Source: an uncultured Saprospiraceae bacterium | GTDB taxonomy: Bacteria > Bacteroidota > Bacteroidia > Chitinophagales > Saprospiraceae | Assembly: GCA_964548175.1 (NCBI GenBank) | Contig: CAZJQS010000015.1 | Span: 920-64,919, forward strand | DNA length: 64,000 nt | Reading direction: 5' to 3' | Shown here: positions 9,366 through 19,500 of the stretch, one piece after another | How the letters are laid out: every line of letters begins with the position of its first letter | How positions within the stretch are numbered: the first letter of the stretch is position 1 | Notes under the pieces: generated by a model | Databases searched by the model: none | What the model saw: the letters and a program-made list of their open reading frames with translations, nothing else | Told to the model about the DNA's origin: nothing | Made by a program: the position numbers and the translations under genes

Positions 9366-11342
9366 CTACTTCTTTTCTTTGATCAAACTGTTGAAAACCC
9401 TTTCCTTGATGTCCACGTCGTATTGTTTCCGTAGTCCTTCGATCCAACGCGATTCGAGGTAATCCTGGTACTCGGCGATGATGTATCCCCGCGCTTCGTC
9501 GAGCGTTTTGGCGCGGGCGGGCAGGATTTCTTCGATCTTAGTGAAATAGAGGGACTTCGAACGGGAGGCTTCCTTGGCTTCCGATACTTCGCCGGCTTTC
9601 CAGGGCATCTGGAAGAACAGCTCGTTTTTCTTTTTTTCCACCGTTCGATTCTCCGCTGTGAGAATGGTCTTGCCGTCTACATTATAAAAAGCCAGTACTT
9701 CCTCCGGATTATGGTTTTTTGCGTAGTTCATAACTTCGTCTATCCTTTCGGCTGCTTCCGGGACCAGGTTGTAGGTAGTGGCCACTGCTCTTTCGTCCCA
9801 GCGGAAATTATCCTTGACTTTCTCGTGGAAAACCTCCAGGCCGGCCGTATCCTGTGAAGCTTTATCCCATACCTCTATTTTAGTGGCTTCAAAGAGCAGG
9901 ATGCCTTCTTCATATTCCCGCATCAGCAATTTAAATTCGGGGTATTTCTTTTCCAGTTGCATCTCTTCATATTTCATGCAGCTGCTGTCCAGAAAATCGC
10001 CATAGAGCTGATCCACTGCGGTTTTTATATCCGTGCCTCTGCCCATACGGATGCGCTGCCGGGAGGCCTGCCCAAGGTAATCGGTAAAGTCACCCAACGT
10101 TACCTTAAAGTCCTCGCCCAGTTGAAATAGTACCGTTGCAGACTTATTGACCGGCGCTTTCCATTTGAACGTCAAGAATTCTTCTGAAAGCGTGTCGGCA
10201 AAAGCCTGCAGCACTTCTTCATACTCTTTCAGGCCGGCCTCTTTTTTGATCCTTTCGATCATGGCCAGCCGCGCCTGCTCGTGCCGGTCATCTCTCTTGA
10301 CCTGTGTCTGTAAACGACTCTTTTCTATTGCATAAGGTTGTATGGCGCGACGGCTGATCCGCTTTATTACATGCCAGCCTATGGTCGTTTGTACCGGCTC
10401 ACTGAAACCATCGTCTTCAGGAATGGCAAAAGCTGCGTCCTCAAAAGAGGTCTGAAAACGATTAATACCAAAAAGGCCGATGTAGCCGCCTTTTGAAGCC
10501 GTACGGCTGTCTTCCGAATATTCCTTAGCCAGTGCTTCAAAAGAAGCACCGTTCTGCAGCGCCTGATAAAGACTGTCGATCAGTTGCTTGCCTTCCTCTC
10601 CCGGGTGGTTTTCATTGCGCAAAAGAATGTGCGCCGCCTCGATCTCACCTCTCGCCGGGCGACGACTGTGTACTTTTAAAAGGTGATAGCCGGAGCTGGT
10701 CCTGACAGGCATAGACAATTCGCCGACCGGCAGCGTGTAAGCCGCCGTTTCCAGATTGTAAAAACCATTCGGGAATAGAACATTCACAAACCCGATATAG
10801 CCCCCGTTCTTAGCCGCCGATTTATCATCGGACTTGTCCCTGGCGATCTTGGCAAAGTCTTCTCCTCCCTGAATCATTTTTCGAATACCCATGGCGGCGT
10901 TGTAGGTCTTCAGCGTATCTTCAGGGGAAGCCTCCGCAGGCAGCGAAAGAAGGATATGACTGATCTCTACATCTTGCTGAGCCCTGTCATAGACCTCCTG
11001 GGTCAGTTTCTCCGTAACTTCTTTATCGATTAGGTAAGAATCGGCGAGCTGACGGCGGTATCCTTCCAGCTCCTTCTTCAGAGAGGGGATGGTATCCAGT
11101 TGAAGGTCTTTTGCCCTTTGTACCTTTAACTTAAAGCGAACGTACAGGTCCAGATATTCCTCCAGCGATTTTTTGGAAAAATCGGCTTCCTTACCATTAG
11201 TTTTGGTGTAAATGTACTCAAACTCCGAAACGTGCACTGGATTGTCTTCTACAGTGAACAGCACCGGGTCGTCTTTCTGTGCGGTTAGGTTCACCATTCC
11301 GCAAAACAACAGGATCAGTACAGTCAGACTATTCTTGTTCAT
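9366..11342 (-). CDS. Large periplasmic parvulin-type PPIase with two parvulin domains (PpiD/SurA-like)
   Basis: Signal peptide and two parvulin cores: ISHILL...GGYIGF...SGYHLLKV and AAHILL...GGYIGL...IGWHVIKR. Confidence 0.75.
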   Translation of the reverse strand: MNKNSLTVLILLFCGMVNLTAQKDDPVLFTVEDNPVHVSEFEYIYTKTNGKEADFSKKSLEEYLDLYVRFKLKVQRAKDLQLDTIPSLKKELEGYRRQLADSYLIDKEVTEKLTQEVYDRAQQDVEISHILLSLPAEASPEDTLKTYNAAMGIRKMIQGGEDFAKIARDKSDDKSAAKNGGYIGFVNVLFPNGFYNLETAAYTLPVGELSMPVRTSSGYHLLKVHSRRPARGEIEAAHILLRNENHPGEEGKQLIDSLYQALQNGASFEALAKEYSEDSRTASKGGYIGLFGINRFQTSFEDAAFAIPEDDGFSEPVQTTIGWHVIKRISRRAIQPYAIEKSRLQTQVKRDDRHEQARLAMIERIKKEAGLKEYEEVLQAFADTLSEEFLTFKWKAPVNKSATVLFQLGEDFKVTLGDFTDYLGQASRQRIRMGRGTDIKTAVDQLYGDFLDSSCMKYEEMQLEKKYPEFKLLMREYEEGILLFEATKIEVWDKASQDTAGLEVFHEKVKDNFRWDERAVATTYNLVPEAAERIDEVMNYAKNHNPEEVLAFYNVDGKTILTAENRTVEKKKNELFFQMPWKAGEVSEAKEASRSKSLYFTKIEEILPARAKTLDEARGYIIAEYQDYLESRWIEGLRKQYDVDIKERVFNSLIKEKK

Positions 11343-11356
11343 TGGTATTATATTAT

Positions 11357-12625
11357 TTAAAGATCAAAACCGATATCACGGCGGTAATATTTCCCTTCGA
11401 AGGTGATTTTTTCGGCATGGTTAAAAGATTGCTGCAGAGCTTCCTTAAAATTTTCGCCCAAAGAGGTCACCGCCAGCACCCGGCCGCCATTGGTCAGGAT
11501 ATGATCCCCATCGGCTTTGGTGCCGGCATGAAAGATCAAACTGTCGCTTGCTTCCTCTAGTCCGCGGATTACCTTCCCTTTCTCGTAAGCTCCGGGATAT
11601 CCTCCGGAGACCAGGATAACGGCTGCCGCCGCCCGCTGATCGACCTGGACATCTACGGCAGATAATTGCCCGCTTTCCATAGCCTGAAATATTTCCACCA
11701 GGTCATTCTTTAAACGGGGAAAAACGACTTGCGTTTCAGGATCTCCCATTCTACAATTGTATTCTATCACAAAGGGGTCGCCTTCGACCACGATCAAGCC
11801 GAAAAAGATAAAACCCCGGTAGATGATGTTCCGCTTCCGCAGCCCTTCAATAGTTGGAATTATGATTTCCCTTTCTACTCTCTGCATCAGAACTTTATCT
11901 GCAAAAGGAACGGGAGAGACGGAGCCCATTCCGCCGGTGTTCAGGCCGGTGTCTCCTTCTCCGATTCGCTTGTAATCTTTAGCTTCCGGCAACAAAATGT
12001 AGCTTTCTCCGTCCGTCAGCACAAAAACCGAAAATTCAATGCCCTTCAAAAATTGTTCTACAACTACCTTCTGACCGGCCGGCCCGAACTTTCCTTCCAG
12101 CATGGACAGGAATTCCTTTTTCGCTTCCTCTGTTGTCTGGCAAATAAGCACCCCTTTGCCTGCGGCCAAACCATCTGCTTTAAGGACGACGGGGGTCATA
12201 TGCTGTTCGATATAGGCCAGGCCTTCTTCCTTGGTGTCGGCTGTAAATTCGCGATAAGCAGCGGTGGGGATAAGCATTTCCTTCATAAACTGCTTGGCGA
12301 AGGCTTTGCTTCCCTCCAGTTGAGCAGCCTCTTTGTTAGGCCCTATAATAGCAATGGTCTTTAGCCGATCATCTTTTCTGAAAAAATCGACAATGCCTTC
12401 CACCAATGGCGCTTCCGGCCCTACGATTACCAGGTCGATCTCTTTTTCGAGCACCAGCTGCCTGACCGCCTGAAAGTCGGTCGGCGACACAGCCACATTA
12501 ATGCCAGATTCCGCAGTCCCGGCATTTCCGGGAGCAATGTACAATTGATCGCAGTGTTCACTCCGGCTGATTTTCCAGGCAAAGGTATGTTCCCGGCCGC
12601 CGCTGCCCAGCAGTAATATCTTCAT
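11357..12625 (-). CDS. purD: Phosphoribosylamine-glycine ligase
   Basis: MKILLLGSGGREHTFAWK N-terminus, ATP-grasp core, 422 aa. Confidence 0.95.
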   Translation of the reverse strand: MKILLLGSGGREHTFAWKISRSEHCDQLYIAPGNAGTAESGINVAVSPTDFQAVRQLVLEKEIDLVIVGPEAPLVEGIVDFFRKDDRLKTIAIIGPNKEAAQLEGSKAFAKQFMKEMLIPTAAYREFTADTKEEGLAYIEQHMTPVVLKADGLAAGKGVLICQTTEEAKKEFLSMLEGKFGPAGQKVVVEQFLKGIEFSVFVLTDGESYILLPEAKDYKRIGEGDTGLNTGGMGSVSPVPFADKVLMQRVEREIIIPTIEGLRKRNIIYRGFIFFGLIVVEGDPFVIEYNCRMGDPETQVVFPRLKNDLVEIFQAMESGQLSAVDVQVDQRAAAAVILVSGGYPGAYEKGKVIRGLEEASDSLIFHAGTKADGDHILTNGGRVLAVTSLGENFKEALQQSFNHAEKITFEGKYYRRDIGFDL

Positions 12626-12671
12626 AGTCCGAATTTTGGGGCAAATATACGGAAGTTTGTTTGGATGTTGG

Positions 12672-12728
12672 ATGTTAGTTGATGTCGATGGTTCTATTAA
12701 CTATCAACCATCAAGCATCAACTAACAT
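12672..12728. repeat. Imperfect hairpin repeat containing TGTTAGTTGATG (family 2)
   Basis: Left arm atgttagttgatgtcgatggtt (12672-12693) pairs with right arm aaccatcaagcatcaactaacat (12706-12728). It shares the 12-mer tgttagttgatg plus gatggtt with the hairpin at 25386-25455. Confidence 0.75.
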
Positions 12729-12740
12729 AAAACTTTTCAC

Positions 12741-12748
12741 TAGCTTTG
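12741..12748 (+). promoter_or_regulatory. Candidate Bacteroidota sigma-A -7 box (TAnnTTTG) for ruvA
   Basis: tagctttg lies 26 nt upstream of the ruvA ATG. Same extended form (TTTGTAG) as the box upstream of carB. Confidence 0.35.
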
Positions 12749-12773
12749 TAGCCCATTTCGAAAACTACGTCAA

Positions 12774-13364
12774 ATGATCGCTTACATCAAAGGAGACATC
12801 ACCTTTAAAAGCCCTAATGCCCTGGTAGTGGAAGCCGGAGGAATCGGGTACATGGTGAACATCAGTTTGCACACCTACGCCCAGGTGGAAAAACTGGAAA
12901 AAATAAAAATTCTTACCTACCAGCATATCAAAGAAGACAGCCACTCTCTGTATGGATTTGCCGAAGCAGCCGAACGCTCTTTGTTCGTCCATCTGATCTC
13001 CGTATCCGGTATCGGCCCGGCCACAGCCCAGCTCATGCTGTCCTCCCTCAATCCGGAAGAGATTCGCAACGCCATCATAGGCGAAAATGTGGCCGCATTC
13101 AAGCAGGTAAAAGGGGTGGGGCCGAAGACAGCCAAACGACTAATTCTGGACTTAAAAGACAAATTATTAAAAGACTCGGGTGGAGAGGCGTTAACAGTAG
13201 CTCCTGTAGACAATACAATGCGAGAGGAAGCGTTATCTGCTTTAGTTGCATTAGGATTTAATAAGACACAGGTACAGAAAACCCTGAATAAGGTCTTGCG
13301 TTCGGAGGCATCCTTCAATGGAGTCGAAGAACTGATCAAGGTTACTTTGAAAGAACTTTCCTAG
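12774..13364 (+). CDS. ruvA: Holliday junction DNA helicase subunit RuvA
   Basis: MIAYIKGDI... N-terminus and HhH motifs (ISVSGIGPATA, VKGVGPKTAKRLILDLKDK). Confidence 0.95.
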   Translation: MIAYIKGDITFKSPNALVVEAGGIGYMVNISLHTYAQVEKLEKIKILTYQHIKEDSHSLYGFAEAAERSLFVHLISVSGIGPATAQLMLSSLNPEEIRNAIIGENVAAFKQVKGVGPKTAKRLILDLKDKLLKDSGGEALTVAPVDNTMREEALSALVALGFNKTQVQKTLNKVLRSEASFNGVEELIKVTLKELS

Positions 13365-13563
13365 TGCCTCGCTATGGGAGAATTACCTCTGCCATCCCAG
13401 AAATCAATCGAAACAAGATCTGGGCTTTTGCCAAAGGTACCGATTTGTGCATTTACATTATAACGCTCCGGATGTGATTTCGGTTCGCGTTGTGTAAATT
13501 ATTGATTTTCAGCACCAATTTCAGACGAACAGCAAGTTATTGTTGAATCCCGTGATTTAAACT

Positions 13564-16500
13564 ATGAAACAAATACTTTTACCACTAACGCTCGTACTTA
13601 GCTTTTTTGCTTTACTCACAGCCTTAGGAAACAGCCGACTGAATGATCCTTATGCCGTCAAATATGTGATCAATTCCTCCAGCGAACAGCTCGTCAGGGA
13701 TACCGTGCCGCCTATTCAGGATCGTCAAGGGGATTTTCTCAACCAGAAAAACCGCAATCCTTTCGACCTGAAAGATCCGGACGCCATCGAAAAATCCGTG
13801 GAGTTTGATCCGGAAACCGGACAATACATCCTTACCGAAAAGATCGGTGAGGACTTCTTCCGCCCGCCCACCTATATGACCTTCGAGGAATATCTGGAGT
13901 ACCGCCAGCAGGAAGAAGAACGCAATTACTTCCGAAAACTGGCGGGGATCGGCGTGGAAGGCGAGGGACAGGCCGGCACCGACCCACTGGCCAAAATCGA
14001 CGTCGACCGCAGCCTGCTGGACCGATTATTCGGAGGCAGCACCGTCGATATCCAGCCGCAGGGACAGATCGACCTTACCTTCGGCGTCGACTTCTCCCGG
14101 GTAGAGAATCCTATCCTCACCGAACGCCAGCGTCGCCAGGGGGGCTTCGATTTTGATATGAATATCCAGATGAGCGTCAATGGTAAGATCGGTGAAAAAC
14201 TGAACCTGACCACCAACTACAATACCAACGCCACCTTCGATTTTGACAACCAGATCAAGCTGGATTACAACAGCGACCTTTTTGACGATGACGCCATCCT
14301 GAAAAAAATTGAAGCCGGTAACGTCAGCCTTCCTTTGCGAGGTAATCTGATCCAGGGCGCCCAGAGTTTGTTCGGGGTCAAAACAGAATTACAGTTCGGC
14401 CACCTTCGATTGACCGCCATCGCATCCCAGCAGAATTCGCAGCAGGAGAACCTGAGAATCGAAGGAGGTAGCCAGCTGACCGAATTTGAAGTGAAGGCCG
14501 ATGAATATGACGAAAACCGCCATTTTTTCTTAACGCACTATAACAGAGATAATTTCGAAAGTAACCTAAATAACCTCCCTCAGGTGCGCTCCCTTTTCCG
14601 CGTAGAGAACATTGAAGTGTGGATCACTAATGACCGGAATGAAGTGGATAACGTTCGCGACATCGTTGCTTTTGCCGACCTGGCCGAGCCTATTCCCGGA
14701 AAACTGGTCAGCCCGGATAAAATCACTGTTCCCGCAACGCCGGTAAACCCGGATATCAGCGGAAGAGGACTGCCCGATAATACTTCCAACGACCTTTACC
14801 AGAGATTGCTGACCAACGGCGATGTCCGCGAAATCGACCGGGCCGTTTCCGTTTTGCAGGGCCCTGAATTCGGCCTTCAGCAAGCCAGCGACTTCGAAAA
14901 GGTCAGCGCCCGTAAGCTGAGCCCGCAGGAATATACCTTCCACCCTGAGCTTGGGTTCATTTCTTTAAATGTGAATGTCCAGCCTGATCAGGTGGTCGGA
15001 GTAGCATTTACTTATTCCTACAACGGCCAAACCTACAAGGTGGGGGAGCTGTCCTTCAACCAGGAAAATACCAGCGCCGATTCCTCTCTGAACGTCTTGT
15101 TCGTCAAAATGCTGAAAAGCACCACTCAGCGGATCGACGTGTCCACCTGGGACCTGATGATGAAAAACGTATATTCCATCGGAGCCTTTAACGTTAATCG
15201 CCAGGACTTCAAACTGGATATCTTTTACGAAGATCCGGGTAAAGGCGAAAAGCGATTCCTGCCCGAAGGCGAAGGCATCCAGGGTAAGCCGCTCCTGCGG
15301 GTATTTAACCTGGATAACCTGAACGTCCAGGGGGACCCGCAACCGGACGGGGTGTTCGACTACGTCCCGGGGATCACGATCAACCCCAGGAACGGGCGGA
15401 TCATGTTTCCCGTCCTCGAGCCTTTTGGCTCTGCGCTGGCCGAACAGATCGTAGAGCCCGAACTGGAAGAACAATACGTCTATCAGGAATTATACGATCT
15501 TACCCTTTTCCTGGCCAGGGAATATCCGGAAAAAAACCGGTATACCATTCGCGGTAGTTTTAAATCGGATGTGACCTCGGAAATATCGCTGGGCGCCTTC
15601 AACATACCACCCGGCTCCGTCCGGGTGTCGGCAGGAGGGCAGATACTGGTGGAAGGCCGCGACTATGAGGTCGATTACAATACCGGCCGGGTCAGGATCA
15701 TCAATGATGCCATCCTGAACTCCGGCGTGCCGATCAATGTCTCTTTCGAAGACAATACCCTATTTGGATTCCAAACCAAAACCATGGTCGGCCTGCGGGC
15801 GGATTACGAAATAGACAAGGATTTTAATATAGGCGGTACTTTCCTGCAGTTGTTCGAACGGCCTTTTACCCAAAAGGTGAACATTGGAGAAGACCCCATT
15901 AATAATAAGACCTATGGTTTTGATATGAACCTCAACCGGGAGGCGCCCTTTTTGACCAAGGTCGTTAATCTGATCCCCGGTATTAATACTAAGGCCCCTT
16001 CCAGTATTTCATTTACCGGGGAAGCAGCTTTTCTAAAGCCAGGACACTCCCGTGCGATCAATCAAAACAGAAAGGACAAGGGCGGAGTAGTGTACCTGGA
16101 TGATTTTGAGGGCAGTATTAATGGCTTTGACATCACGCAGCCGGCAGCCAATTGGTTTATCGCCAGTACTCCGCAAAACGACAACAACAATAACAACCCG
16201 CTCTTCCCGGAAGCACAGCTCGTGAATGACAGGCGCTACGGCGCCAACCGGGCCAGGATCAACTGGTACCGGATCGATCCGAGTATCCGGCCGGCTAATG
16301 ATCCCAACCCTTATACCAGTGAGGTGCCGCAGGAAGAGGTTTTTCCGAATTTTATCCTGACGCCGGATCAGCCGCGATTCCGGACGTTCGACTTGTCCTT
16401 TTATCCGCAGGAACGGGGCCCTTATAACTTTGACATCCCTGAAGGTTATCCCGGCTATTCCCGCGGCACGTCTTTTGTCGGAGACTCGATGATCCTGAAT

Positions 16501-19500
16501 GATCCGGCGACTCGCTGGGGCGGCATCATGCGTGCCTTAACCAACAACGATTTTCAATCGGCTAATATCGAGTTTTTAGAATTCTGGATGCTCAGCCCCT
16601 TCCTCGATCCCGAAGACCCACTGCGTCCTGCTGAGAATTTTGAAGATCTCGAAGGTTCTTTGTACATCAACCTGGGAAATATTTCTGAAGATATTTTGCG
16701 CGACTCCCGGATGTTCTTCGAAAACGGCCTGCCCGGGCCGGCCAACCCGGATCGGAGGGTGGACACGACCAACTGGTCGGTGGTGCCCATCGCTCAGCAA
16801 ATTACACGGGCATTCGACAACGATGAAGAAACTCGTCTGCTCCAGGATGTGGGCTATGATGGCTTAGCCAATGATGATGAACGCCGGCAATATGGCGATT
16901 ATCTGACCTCCATTGCGAATCAAAACCCGCTCGCGGCGGATAAGATCGCAGCGGATCCCGCTAACGACGACTACAGGTACTACCGGGATAACGTTTTTGA
17001 TCAGAACGCTACTGTCCGGGATCGCTACCGTTTGTACAACAATCCTCAGGGGAACTCTCGCTCTAATGACGGCAGCGGTTTTGTTTCTTCCGCCACTAAC
17101 ATTCCGGATGCAGAGGACCTCAACCGGGACAATACGCTGAACGAAACGGAATCTTATTTTGAATATCAGATCAATCTAAAGGCCAATCCCACTAATCCTC
17201 GTGAGATCGATCAACGGATCACGAACTTCATCACGGACCAGCGGGTGAGTGCGGATGGCCGCCGCATCTGGTATCGCTTTAGGATACCGCTAAACGGACC
17301 GGATAAGAGGGCTGTCGGCGGCATCAATGATTTTCGCTCCATTCGATTCATCCGTATGTACATGCGGGGGTTTGAGGCGCCCGTGACGCTGCGTTTTGCA
17401 CGCATAGAGCTGGTGCGCAATCAATGGCGGCGCTTTACTCAGGAGCTGAGTGACGATGCTGTGGATTGTGACCAGGCGCCGGAGTTTGATGTGGACGCGG
17501 TAAACATTGAAGAAAACAGTAGCCGGGAGCCCTTCAATTACGTATTGCCGGAAGGCATCCAGAGGGAACAGTCGCTCGGTGTTTTCAATGCCCTGCAAAA
17601 TGAACAGTCGATCACTATGAACATACAAGGGCTATGCGACCGGCAGGACGAATCCATTTTTAAAAATATCAATATGGACTGGAGGGTGTATGAGCGGTTT
17701 AAAATGTTCGTACACGCTGAAGAACTGAACGGCCAGACGCATGAGGACGGCGAACTGACGATGTTCGTCCGCATCGGTAGTGATTTTCGGAGCAATTATT
17801 ACGAATACGAGGTGCCCCTGATCATGTCCGACTCCACCAACCTACCCGCCAGTCCGGTGGATGTGGAATATAAAAGAGAAGTCTGGCGAACGGAAAACGA
17901 ATTTGACTTTCCGCTGGCGCTGCTGCGGGACGCCAAGCTACGGCGAAACACGGAAGGTTTTCCCGGTACTGAAGAATATTTTGAGCTAGTGGACCCGGAA
18001 GATCCGGGCATGTCCCCTCGCATACGCATACGAGGTAATCCGAACCTGGGCCTGGTGAAAGTAGCCATGGTAGGGGTGCGCAATCCGGAGGGAGGCGCCA
18101 GTTCCAGTATTCCCAGAGACGTCGAGGTCTGGATCAACGAAATGCGCCTGACCGGCCTGGACGAAAGAGGCGGCATGGCGGCGGTCGGACGGGTAGACCT
18201 TCAACTGGCGGATTTTGGAAACATTACGGTGGCTGGAAACTACAGCAGTATTGGGTTTGGATCATTGGATCAGAAGGTTCAGGAGCGCAACCGGGAGAAG
18301 ATTTCCGGGGTCGACCTGGCGGCCAGTCTGGAATTAGGGAAGTTTTTCCCTACTTCCTGGGGGATTCGTTTGCCGTTTTATGCACAATACTCCCGAAATG
18401 TCAGTACGCCGGAATTTGATCCCTATGATCTGGATATCCGGTTAAAAGACAAGCTGGCGATAGCCGAGACGCCTACGGAGCGCGATTCCATTAAAGACAT
18501 TACCCAGACGGTGACCACCATACGGAGCATCAATTTCACCAACGTACGCAAAGAACGAACCGGCGGCGGTGGCAGCAGGCAGGGAACACAGCCTAAGCCG
18601 GCCCCCTGGGATATTGAAAACTTCGGCTTAAACTATTCGCAGGCTACCACGGAAAGAAACGATCCGATCATTGAATTTGACCGGGAGACGCGTCGGACAA
18701 TGGGTTTGGATTACGGCTTCAACCGAAGCGTCAAATACCTTGAGCCGTTGAAATTTTTAGGGGACAGCAAGTTGCTGGAAGTTTTCACTTCGTTGAATTT
18801 CAATCCGCTGCCCAATTCTTTTACTTTCAGCACCATTCTGGATCGGCGGCTGAATGTCACCCGTTATCGGTTTACGGGGCTGGATGATCGTTTTAATACT
18901 TTTTTCAATAAAAGCTACCGCTGGGGCCGGGATTACAACATGCAATGGGATCTGGCCCGTTCGCTCAAGTTTAACTACAATGCGATTGTGGATGCTGTGA
19001 TCGATGAGCCTGACGAAAACCGCATATTAGAAGATCCTACCATACCGGATGCGGAAGCTTTCCGCCGGGACAGCATTTGGCAGAACATAAAGCGTTTTGG
19101 TCGAACGAAAAACTTCCAGCATTCTTTCAATATCAGTTATACGGCTCCGACCCGTTTTATTCCTTTGATGGACTGGGTTCAGGTGAAGGGGCAGTATCAG
19201 GGGCAATACTCCTGGACGGCAGCGGCGCTCAATGTCGACAGTTTGGGGAATGTCATTCAGAATGCTCAGACGCGGCAGGTCAATGCTGATCTTAATTTTG
19301 AGGGGCTGTATAATAAGGTGCCGTATTTGCAAAAGATCAACGGTCGGGGCAGCAATCGGCGGCCCAATTTAGGCGGGCGAAGACCGACGCAGCAACCGCC
19401 TGCCGGGCAGGAAGGGGAAGAAAAGAAAGAACGCACCGGACCGGGGACGATAGAGAAGATACTCATCAGGCCCTTGATGGCATTGCGTCGGGCTCGGTTT

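Noticed and set aside
11729-12364. 211-aa plus-strand ORF
   Set aside because: It is antisense to purD.
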